Positions 48,295-55,833 of a DNA stretch of 55,833 bases are shown here, piece by piece (position 1 is the first letter of the stretch; every line of letters begins with the position of its first letter). The position numbers and the translations under genes are program-made. Source of the DNA: a virus (taxonomy: Duplodnaviria; Caudoviricetes); the IMG/VR virus record IMGVR_UViG_3300032401_002140, positions 1 to 55,833 of that record. The stretch is one strand, 5' to 3'. The notes beneath the pieces are model-generated. The model was not told the origin of the DNA. It worked only from the letters and a program-made list of their open reading frames with translations, and did not search any database.

Positions 48295-51200
48295 ATGCCG
48301 TTTGAAGGAAGACAGAATCCATACGCGGGAATGAGTGAAGATGAGATAGCGTTTATTATCTCGAATGATATCAAGCGCGGGGCAAGCCCGATTTGGCCAA
48401 CGACCGGTCAAATGATTAGCAGTCCGCAGAATGCATTATCCGGGGCGTATTATCAATTTACCGGGAAGGCAGCGCCAGCAGGGCAAGGCGCATTATCCTT
48501 AACCCTGGATGCACCGTTTACCTGGATGCGGAAGAATGTCGGGAAGATGGTGGAAGATGTCACGGATATAATCCAAGGGGTGGAAGGGAAAAAGAGTTGG
48601 GAACAGGTATTAAAAGATATGACGCAGTTTGGGTCGTATGCGGAGAATTTCAATTGGTTTGGTCCGAAACATCCAGTATATAATTTCGCTGCGGAAATGT
48701 TAACAACGCCATTCCCATCCCTATCCAAGATCCCGGGAATGGCAAAGATCGTGAGTTCATTCGGATCGGTGGGTCGGGGTGTGATAGATCAGGGAATGAC
48801 GGGTTTGGGGAGGTTATCACCCAAAAGCGCAGAGTATACGAGATATTTATTTTCCCCGACGGGAGAAGGGATTGGCGGAAAAGCCAAAGATATCATTGAT
48901 CAAATCCATATGGGACCAGTATTTTATGGGGGAGGAAGCGCAAAAGCCTGGTTGCCCAGTCATTTTGATCCGGATATAACCAATGCCATACGAGCGGATG
49001 CTCCCCAGTTAATGCAGACATTTTTTAATAGTAGACCGATCAATATGCTGGATAAAATGGCACGCGGGATCCAGCCATTAATATTGATGAAGAATTTGGG
49101 AAGTTTTATTACGGGAAATATTTTATCGGATGCAATCAAAGGAATTATATCATCCCGGATAGAAGGCGCAAGTTATAAGGATATAGTTACGGATATAGTA
49201 AAAGCCATGAGAATGAGCACGTTAGAAGCCCAGGAGAAATGGGGGGCGCAACTCATGCATGTGAATGTCATGAGCGGAGAAAGAGGAAGCGCATATCGGA
49301 TGATGAATTTGAGCGGGGGATATGGGAAAGAGATGGGATTCAAGTTGGGGAAATATTCTTTTCCTATTGAGAGTTCGATTATGAATCCAATGATCACGGA
49401 TGTTCAATCACATATCCCGATTAATTTGAATATGGATTATTTAAAGACCATTAATCCGCTGCGGGCGGGAAGTATAGAATTGGAATATCAGCGTTGGGCG
49501 CGATTATTTTCCCAACAGATGACGGGTGGTATGGTCCGGGGACAACCGATACATTATGCGGATGTATTGAGCGGGAAGGTTTCACGTGGAATCAATTATG
49601 ATGCCCAGAAAATTCAACAGGTGGTGAATGAATTAGGATTGGTCGGTCGAGCAACCGAGCAAGAAGTATACCAGGCGATCTTGTCAAAGAATTATGCGGT
49701 ACCGATGCGGATGCCATTTTATCCAAGGAATGCGGGATCCGCGCAGGATTATTTCATGCAAATGATGACCGGGTTGAATGTCGAGAAATTGCAGGGGTTA
49801 TCGAATATGAAAGGTCCGGGGATAGTGAATCGATCATTATCCTTTTTATCGACGGATACTTTTTACCGGAAGTATGCCGGGCTTATGGCGGAGAGAATGG
49901 GACTGGACCCGACACAAACGATCAAGAATATATATTTTAATTATGGTGTTGGCGGGCGGTTAAATCTACAGAATGTACCTATAGTCGGATCCGCGTTTCC
50001 ATTTATCACTCCAACGATTAAAGAATTAGGTTGGGTAGCCAAATACCCGGTGTATCGCGGAATGGAATATGGATGGAATTATTCAAGAGCAATGATGGCA
50101 TGGAAGAATCGACCCGGGACAGAGGATTTAACCGAACATCAGAAATTTCTAACACCGCATCCCTTGAATCCATTATTGCGAGGATTGGGATCGGATTATC
50201 AATTTATGGCGAATCCATGGGGGCGGTTATGGATGGATCCAATTACGCAATTGACAATGCTGGGAGGCGGTGCAGAAGATATTAAAATAACCGATACGGT
50301 TAGTTTTATGGGGATTCATAATCTTAATCCGATCTATGAGACAGCTCTAACAGCATTGCAAGGCGGGGGTGTGAAACCATTACCTCTGCCATTTGTTCCG
50401 GAGAGTATATCGTTATGGAAATATTATCAAAACAGAAATGCCGTTGCCGGGGAAGGGAATAAATATTCAGAGATCTATCGCCAACAATTAGCATCCCGCC
50501 ATTTAAAAGCGGCGATCCAGGGATTTTTACCGATGGTATCGATGGGCGGGACTTTGCAATTGCCGATGAATATGAATGTAGAGATGCCGAGAAGTATGGG
50601 ATCAGTACAAAGAATGAATTATCATATTAACCGGCGAACACTGAATCAGATTCTAAATGACAGAGTGGGTGGCGGGCCTTGGTCAGATTTTGAAAATAAT
50701 ATTGGCAAAGGATTAGCCATAGGAGGAATGATTAAAGGGGGATTTTCACTTCGTGATTATTTGAAAGCAAGCGATATTGAAAAGATTGAGATGATGGGAT
50801 TAAAAGTACCCAATTCTGGATCTTCCCCGATGCGGAATTATTTATCACGGAGCGGACCGGAAATTACGTTGAATGCAGAAGGACCATTAACCGAGAAATT
50901 AGGAACCGTTATGGAACGGTCTCCCGCTCAGGTGAATGTGAAGATTACGCCAGGGATAGAGGAACGGTTGGCAACTTATAAACAATATCCTAATGCGGGA
51001 ATACGGTATCGAGCGCCCAAATATACCCCTATAGAGAATATAATAAAAGAATCAACTATACCTGGGACAGGAATGATATCGCCAGAGGAATCTTATATAG
51101 GCGGGGAATATCGATTAAATTCACAGACTTTGGAAGCGATGATGGAAAGTGGTGAAGGTGGACCAAGCCAATATTTGCGACAGATGAGTCGGAAAATGAA

Positions 51201-52410
51201 AATAGATCGTTTTGGTAGATTGGGAGGATATGTTAAATGGGGAACGATGGGGATTAACTTGATTGTTTCGGGATTGCAAGCTAAAGAGGAATTAGAATCG
51301 GGTGAAACGCCGGGATTTGTAGGAGCGAAAACAGCGGCTGGGTTGGGGGGATTATTATTAGTAGCTGAAACAATATCAGGACCACCTGGATGGACTACTA
51401 TGTTAATGCAAGGGATATTAGGGACTGGAGCATATTTTGCCGGGCGAGGAGCGATGGGTGAATTATATCCCTGGCAGAAACGGGAAGAACAAGGAATTTT
51501 ACAACCGGAAGTGAGATGGAATATGCTACAAAGATATAAACAAGATTATTCCCCGCGTGGGTCTAAATTCATGTCTCATATAGCCACGTCTGAAGAATTA
51601 TCATTGTATCAAAATCAGGATTTAAATACCTATCAAGTCACGCAATTACGTAATTTACAAGCCTATGGAAATGCACCGAAAGGGATACGGGGATTATTGA
51701 TCAAGCAATTGGGGAAAGAAGAACAAGCATTTGAAGATCAATTGAAAATAGATATGATAGAAAAAGGATATACGGAAAGAAATCTTGCCACGATGAAAGT
51801 GCGATCAGGATTTTATGGGGGAATGAGCCGCCGACCGGGATTGACGAAAGCGGAATTGGGATGGATATATCAGAAACAAGGTAATGCTCTAATGCAAGAA
51901 GCCAAAACTTTAGGATATAAAGGTAATGAATATCATCCTTTTACATTAAAAGAGATTATAGCGCAATATAGGATAGGTGAAAATATAAAAACCAAAGGGA
52001 TTGCGTTTGAGATAGCAGCGGAGAAAGCGAATTTACCGCGACAGGGACGGATGGAATCGTATGGCGGGGAACCGTTTACATTTGACCGGATGAGCGAATA
52101 TATGCCGACGCCGAATAGATTGGATTTAAGCGGGGATGTATCGATGGAGACTTTGATGCAATTGACGTATGAAATGCCCTGGGTGGAACAATCTGTAGAT
52201 ATCAATAATCGATATGTAGGGAGTTGGGAAGGGAAAATTAGCCGTAGAGCAGCGAAGGAAATAAGGGATATTGTAGAGGATAAATATATAGCTATACAAA
52301 AAGAAAATAAAAAACAAGAAATAATGGATGATGCGATAAGATCAGCTATGTCGTTTGAAAATGAAATGTTGGGATTATATAGTACAGATGTTACAGGACA
52401 TCGCATTTAA
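48295..52410 (+). CDS. Very large internal virion / tape-measure or ejection-like protein (ORF open from 48265)
   Basis: ~1370 aa, Gly/Met-rich helical; YFNYG...AFPF motif seen in large phage internal proteins; Gly-rich hydrophobic hairpins near residues 1000-1070. Confidence 0.6.
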   Translation: MPFEGRQNPYAGMSEDEIAFIISNDIKRGASPIWPTTGQMISSPQNALSGAYYQFTGKAAPAGQGALSLTLDAPFTWMRKNVGKMVEDVTDIIQGVEGKKSWEQVLKDMTQFGSYAENFNWFGPKHPVYNFAAEMLTTPFPSLSKIPGMAKIVSSFGSVGRGVIDQGMTGLGRLSPKSAEYTRYLFSPTGEGIGGKAKDIIDQIHMGPVFYGGGSAKAWLPSHFDPDITNAIRADAPQLMQTFFNSRPINMLDKMARGIQPLILMKNLGSFITGNILSDAIKGIISSRIEGASYKDIVTDIVKAMRMSTLEAQEKWGAQLMHVNVMSGERGSAYRMMNLSGGYGKEMGFKLGKYSFPIESSIMNPMITDVQSHIPINLNMDYLKTINPLRAGSIELEYQRWARLFSQQMTGGMVRGQPIHYADVLSGKVSRGINYDAQKIQQVVNELGLVGRATEQEVYQAILSKNYAVPMRMPFYPRNAGSAQDYFMQMMTGLNVEKLQGLSNMKGPGIVNRSLSFLSTDTFYRKYAGLMAERMGLDPTQTIKNIYFNYGVGGRLNLQNVPIVGSAFPFITPTIKELGWVAKYPVYRGMEYGWNYSRAMMAWKNRPGTEDLTEHQKFLTPHPLNPLLRGLGSDYQFMANPWGRLWMDPITQLTMLGGGAEDIKITDTVSFMGIHNLNPIYETALTALQGGGVKPLPLPFVPESISLWKYYQNRNAVAGEGNKYSEIYRQQLASRHLKAAIQGFLPMVSMGGTLQLPMNMNVEMPRSMGSVQRMNYHINRRTLNQILNDRVGGGPWSDFENNIGKGLAIGGMIKGGFSLRDYLKASDIEKIEMMGLKVPNSGSSPMRNYLSRSGPEITLNAEGPLTEKLGTVMERSPAQVNVKITPGIEERLATYKQYPNAGIRYRAPKYTPIENIIKESTIPGTGMISPEESYIGGEYRLNSQTLEAMMESGEGGPSQYLRQMSRKMKIDRFGRLGGYVKWGTMGINLIVSGLQAKEELESGETPGFVGAKTAAGLGGLLLVAETISGPPGWTTMLMQGILGTGAYFAGRGAMGELYPWQKREEQGILQPEVRWNMLQRYKQDYSPRGSKFMSHIATSEELSLYQNQDLNTYQVTQLRNLQAYGNAPKGIRGLLIKQLGKEEQAFEDQLKIDMIEKGYTERNLATMKVRSGFYGGMSRRPGLTKAELGWIYQKQGNALMQEAKTLGYKGNEYHPFTLKEIIAQYRIGENIKTKGIAFEIAAEKANLPRQGRMESYGGEPFTFDRMSEYMPTPNRLDLSGDVSMETLMQLTYEMPWVEQSVDINNRYVGSWEGKISRRAAKEIRDIVEDKYIAIQKENKKQEIMDDAIRSAMSFENEMLGLYSTDVTGHRI

Positions 52411-52413
52411 AAA

Positions 52414-52839
52414 TTATGTTTTATATGATGGACTAAAAAGTTTAGTTAATACAACAGCACCAAGAAGTTTCGTATGTAAATCCAATTGATTGTCGAAGAA
52501 TAAAGATATCAATGAAATGATAATAAAATAAAAGGTAAATCTAGTACTAAAACGAAAAAATATATATGATGAATCAATTAAATATGAGAGAAAATTCATT
52601 TTTATAGAATATATATTTTGTATAAGACTTATAACAAAAATAATTGAATAATTATAAAGTAGAAAAAGTAAAGATGGAATACCGAAACATACTAATAAGA
52701 AGATATATAATGGTTCAGAAAAAAGGTCTGGAGAAGTATAAAATATATAAATGAAGAAGAATAAAATGCACCATGATAAAAAGTATATAATTCTTTTTAT
52801 TGAGGACTTATATACAATGTTAGCCATGCTGATAATCAA
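52414..52839 (-). CDS. Multi-TM membrane protein, paralogue 1
   Basis: Very hydrophobic, AT-rich; YFLS..IL.FF.YIF..SPDLF.EP shared with the next ORF. Confidence 0.7.
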   Translation of the reverse strand: MIISMANIVYKSSIKRIIYFLSWCILFFFIYIFYTSPDLFSEPLYIFLLVCFGIPSLLFLLYNYSIIFVISLIQNIYSIKMNFLSYLIDSSYIFFRFSTRFTFYFIIISLISLFFDNQLDLHTKLLGAVVLTKLFSPSYKT

Positions 52840-53384
52840 AGATGACCATATATAATGGCAAATAGAAAAATTGAAATTGCCATTTTAATACTGAATGCAC
52901 AAAAAGAGGCGAGTAAAAAACAATAAACATAATACCAAGGCCAGTGATTATCATGATATTCCTTACAATAAGCAATAGAGATACGAAAAAATAAAAGGAA
53001 AAGAAAAATTATAAAGATTGGAGTACATATCCAAAACAATAGAATTAAAGTAAATATTAAACGAAAATATTCCCAAGATGTAGTGGGTTTTTTGAACATT
53101 GGAAAATCATAATTCAAAGACTTTTGATTATCCACTTTTGGATTCATGGGAATGATGGGGGTAATGGTTGGAGAATTAGGAGAAGACTGATTTATCTGTT
53201 TAATTTTTAAAAAAATGAATTTGATATTCATAAAGAGAAAATATATAAAGACCGGAAGACCGATCAAGAAAAGCAAATTGTAATAAAATGGTTCAGCAAA
53301 AAGGTCTGGAGAAACGAAAAATATATACATGAAAAACAAGAGAATCAAGAGAGATAAAAAATAGAGATATTTTTGAAGGGACAT
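52836..53384 (-). CDS. Multi-TM membrane protein, paralogue 2 (ORF open from 53420)
   Basis: Four hydrophobic segments; leaderless start after a promoter. Confidence 0.7.
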   Translation of the reverse strand: MSLQKYLYFLSLLILLFFMYIFFVSPDLFAEPFYYNLLFLIGLPVFIYFLFMNIKFIFLKIKQINQSSPNSPTITPIIPMNPKVDNQKSLNYDFPMFKKPTTSWEYFRLIFTLILLFWICTPIFIIFLFLLFFRISIAYCKEYHDNHWPWYYVYCFLLASFCAFSIKMAISIFLFAIIYGHL

Positions 53385-53391
53385 GGACAGC

Positions 53392-53420
53392 ATGATAGTA
53401 CAATTATTTAAAAGAGTCAA
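53392..53420 (-). promoter_or_regulatory. Leaderless sigma70 promoter of the membrane-protein pair
   Basis: TTGACT-17 nt-TATCAT, then 7 nt to ATG 53384. Confidence 0.65.
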
Positions 53421-53438
53421 TGATTATATGGGATATAT

Positions 53439-54341
53439 TTAAGCAACTTGGCTCCAATGGGTAGAAGGATTGAGTTTCTCCAGGGCGTTATAGAGTTTTT
53501 GGGTATCGGTATGGGTATAAATCTGCGTAGTAGCGATACAAGAATGACCCAGGAGGGCTTGAATATCGAGGATGCTGATGTTCTTACCATGCCAGAGGGT
53601 CGCGCAGGTGTGGCGCAATTTGTGAGGGCTGATGTTTTTGGGAAGACCGATAGCGGCGCATTGTTTTTTAATGCGGTCCCAGGCGGTCCAAGGGGTAAGG
53701 CGATGACCGGAATCGTTGAGGAGTAATGCCGGGGTGTCGGAGGTTGGCCGGATGTTGAGATATTCATAGATTACTTCGAGCAAATCCGGGAGGAGCGGGA
53801 GGAGACGTTGTTTGTTCCCTTTACCGGTGATGAGAATGGTGTGCGCAGAGAAGTCCAGGTCAGAGAGATTGATCCCGACCAATTCAGAGACCCGGAGGCC
53901 GAGATGAGCGAAGAGATTGATGAGCAGATAGTCACAGCAACCCATAGCCGTGGTGCGGTCGGGGTTATCCAAGAGGCGTTGAAGATTGGGTTCGGAAAGA
54001 TAGACCGGAAGATATTGGGGAATGGCGGGAGATTCGAGGTCGAGCGTAGGGTCAATGGGAATATGGTTTTGTTTTTTAAGGAAAGCGAAGAACATCTTGA
54101 GAGCCGATATCTTCCGCCGGCGGTCGTGTGGTCCGGAACTGAAGAGAGACGTCAGGAAGTCACGGAGATTTTGGGCGGTAATCTTTTTAGTCCGGGGATT
54201 AATGCCAGCGGATTCGAGAAAAGTAAACAACCGATGGAGATCATGGCTGTATGCCGCAATGGTTTTGGGTGAACGGTTGAGTTCAGTTTTTAAATATCCC
54301 AGGAAATCAGGGAGGTATTCGGATAATGATTGGTCTTTCAT
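53439..54341 (-). CDS. XerC/XerD-like tyrosine recombinase, copy B
   Basis: Same catalytic motifs as copy A; catalytic domain almost identical. Confidence 0.93.
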   Translation of the reverse strand: MKDQSLSEYLPDFLGYLKTELNRSPKTIAAYSHDLHRLFTFLESAGINPRTKKITAQNLRDFLTSLFSSGPHDRRRKISALKMFFAFLKKQNHIPIDPTLDLESPAIPQYLPVYLSEPNLQRLLDNPDRTTAMGCCDYLLINLFAHLGLRVSELVGINLSDLDFSAHTILITGKGNKQRLLPLLPDLLEVIYEYLNIRPTSDTPALLLNDSGHRLTPWTAWDRIKKQCAAIGLPKNISPHKLRHTCATLWHGKNISILDIQALLGHSCIATTQIYTHTDTQKLYNALEKLNPSTHWSQVA

Positions 54342-54363
54342 GTGATGCTCCTTTATTAAAAGA

Positions 54364-54498
54364 TTATTTGATTTTGGTTCTTCTTTCTTTATTCCAATAA
54401 GGACTTTTACATTTCGGACATATAATTATTTCAGGACCTCGTGGAGTCCAAGAATGATTACAGCGTTTGCAATGAAGTGTTATGGTTTTTATTTTCAT
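54364..54498 (-). CDS. 44-aa zinc-ribbon protein
   Basis: CKRC.HSW.PR...CPKCKSPYWN; leaderless start. Confidence 0.7.
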   Translation of the reverse strand: MKIKTITLHCKRCNHSWTPRGPEIIICPKCKSPYWNKERRTKIK

Positions 54499-54505
54499 AT
54501 TTAGA

Positions 54506-54534
54506 AGTATAACCCATAGGTAAGAAGATGTCAA
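54506..54534 (-). promoter_or_regulatory. Leaderless sigma70 promoter (Zn ribbon plus recombinase B)
   Basis: TTGACA-17 nt-TATACT, then 7 nt to ATG 54498. Confidence 0.75.
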
Positions 54535-54543
54535 GTAAAAAAT

Positions 54544-54580
54544 ATTCAACGTAGAAATATAAAGAATGTAGGAATAGGGT
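54544..54580 (+). promoter_or_regulatory. Putative late promoter 6 (distal tail operon)
   Basis: ATTCAACGTAG box, TAGGGT at offset 32. Confidence 0.6.
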
Positions 54581-54851
54581 TAAAAGCAATGGGTCTTATA
54601 GGATTTATAGGGCGGATAGGAGGAGAATTGGATTCCGGCTTTCGCCGGAATGACGAAAGGAAAGTTAAAAAGAGCTATCGGCTATCAGCTAAAGAAAGGC
54701 GTCGGGAAATGCGTAAAGAACACTTCATTCCCGACGCAGAGAAATATAAAAAGCAAGATGGATTCCGGCTTTCGCCGGAATGACAAATAAAAATAAGTTT
54801 CTAGTTTCTAGTTTAAAGTTTAAAGTTAAAAGATAGAAGGGAATAAAAAAG

Positions 54852-55833
54852 ATGCGGATTGATGGAGATATCGGGTTAAATAACGGGCAGGGATATATCT
54901 ATATGCAGCCGGAGCGGAGTTTGTTTCCTACCTATTTGGGAACGAAGACCCGGACGAATGAGGATTTTAATTTTGAGGATATCTTAAACGCCATTATCGG
55001 GGGATATGAAACGAATATATTGGTAACGGGAGAGACTAAGATTGCCAACCAGGATGAGAATGAGGGATGGATTACACGTGTGGCGGGGAAAGGAATTGCA
55101 TCCCAAGCGATGCGGAAAGCTCCGCGGAAATCTTTACTGTATTTATCATTGACGGATGATGAATATAGTATGTTGAATGATGCGGTGAATAAGGTATACG
55201 GGGCCTGGACTAATATCCCCAGTTGGATTGTATTGCCCTATACTGGAGCGGATGAGTTTGGGGTGGGGGGATTAACTTCACATTGGTTTTTGGAGGATAT
55301 GATTACCCGGATGGGGTTTAGTCCGCAGATCGGGATCCCGTCGCATTGGGTGAGACAGTTGACATGCCGGGATTCGGAGAGTTTTGGGAGCGCGATACAA
55401 AATTTAATTGAGCCGTATGATCCGATAGTATATATCCAGGGGAATTATTTTTTCATACAGAGTAAAGCGAATGTGAATAGTTATGGCGGGTCGGTAGGAT
55501 TTCAATCGGCACGGGATATAACCTCGAAGAAAGTATATCGACCGAAACCGGAGAAGTATTATATTATCGGGTCGGCTCAGGGACAATTCGATCCGCAGAG
55601 GTATCGCGGGACGGTCTATACTGGCAGCCAGTCGGATACGATACCGGTCTATGATCCGGAAGCGAATGACGGCCAGGGCGGGATGGTGGATTGGACTCAG
55701 AGATGGGAAGGGAAACCGGGGATTGGGAATTCGTATGAAAGTGTAATACGGTCCTGGTATTCCGATGAGACGGTAGAAGTTGTGAATGAACAGGGAGAAC
55801 CGAGTGGGACATTCGTGGAGAGATATGAATTTA
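54852..55833 (+). CDS. N-terminal part of the tail/baseplate protein continuing to 1164 (not in ORF track)
   Basis: MRIDGDIGLNNGQGYIYMQPERSLFP... is open to the contig end and in frame with 1-1164. Confidence 0.75.
   Translation, partial: MRIDGDIGLNNGQGYIYMQPERSLFPTYLGTKTRTNEDFNFEDILNAIIGGYETNILVTGETKIANQDENEGWITRVAGKGIASQAMRKAPRKSLLYLSLTDDEYSMLNDAVNKVYGAWTNIPSWIVLPYTGADEFGVGGLTSHWFLEDMITRMGFSPQIGIPSHWVRQLTCRDSESFGSAIQNLIEPYDPIVYIQGNYFFIQSKANVNSYGGSVGFQSARDITSKKVYRPKPEKYYIIGSAQGQFDPQRYRGTVYTGSQSDTIPVYDPEANDGQGGMVDWTQRWEGKPGIGNSYESVIRSWYSDETVEVVNEQGEPSGTFVERYEF
55707..55833. repeat. Terminal direct repeat (copy of 1-127)
   Basis: Exact match by eye. Confidence 0.95.

Larger units (their letters stand above)
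1..55833. mobile_element. Complete temperate tailed phage or excised prophage genome
   Basis: Terminase, portal, protease, capsid, tail, lysis, replication and integrase modules; circular ends. Confidence 0.93.

Noticed and set aside
53090-53150. Second possible mimic: MNPKVDNQKSLNYDF versus MNPMITDVQSHIPINLNMDY in the large protein
   Set aside because: Needs gaps and has few identities; not distinguishable from chance by eye
54589-54783. 64-aa ORF downstream of late box 6
   Set aside because: Made almost entirely of stacked repeat elements; probably not a real gene
55707-55833. Biological direct terminal repeat
   Set aside because: It falls mid-gene and equals a typical assembler k-mer, so it is best explained as circular overlap
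1-55833. Alternative genetic code or tRNA genes
   Set aside because: Standard-code ORFs tile the genome densely with all three stops in use; no tRNA cloverleaf recognised

Overview
The window is almost certainly one complete, circularised temperate tailed-phage (Caudoviricetes-like) genome of about 55,706 bp. Bases 1-127 are repeated exactly at 55707-55833, and one ORF runs in frame across the join. The layout has three parts. (1) A leftward early/replication block at about 8.9-23.6 kb: XerC/D-like recombinase, RHH regulators, ASCH-like proteins, DnaB, HD hydrolase, ParB-like protein, DUF5131, replication initiator, Ogr-like Zn finger, integrase and Arc-like repressor. (2) A rightward late block from 23.8 kb across the join to 8.8 kb: terminase, portal, protease/scaffold, capsid, head-tail and tail proteins, a very large internal/tape-measure-like protein, a fibre-like protein and lysis genes (holins, papain-like C1 peptidase, amidase). 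(3) Leftward, promoter-bearing moron-like inserts: three membrane proteins and a second near-identical Xer-like recombinase. The most notable signals are: (a) a small membrane protein whose predicted external loop copies the N-terminal motif of the large virion protein transcribed divergently from it, with overlapping promoters; (b) at least eight morphogenesis/late proteins with Sec-type signal peptides; (c) a six-copy ATTCAACGTAG box at fixed spacing to -10 hexamers, a probable late-activator regulon; (d) several REP-like repeat families, all on one strand and sometimes in frame inside genes. No rRNA, tRNA, CRISPR array or reverse transcriptase was recognised. All product calls come from motif recognition by eye and gene position, not database searches.
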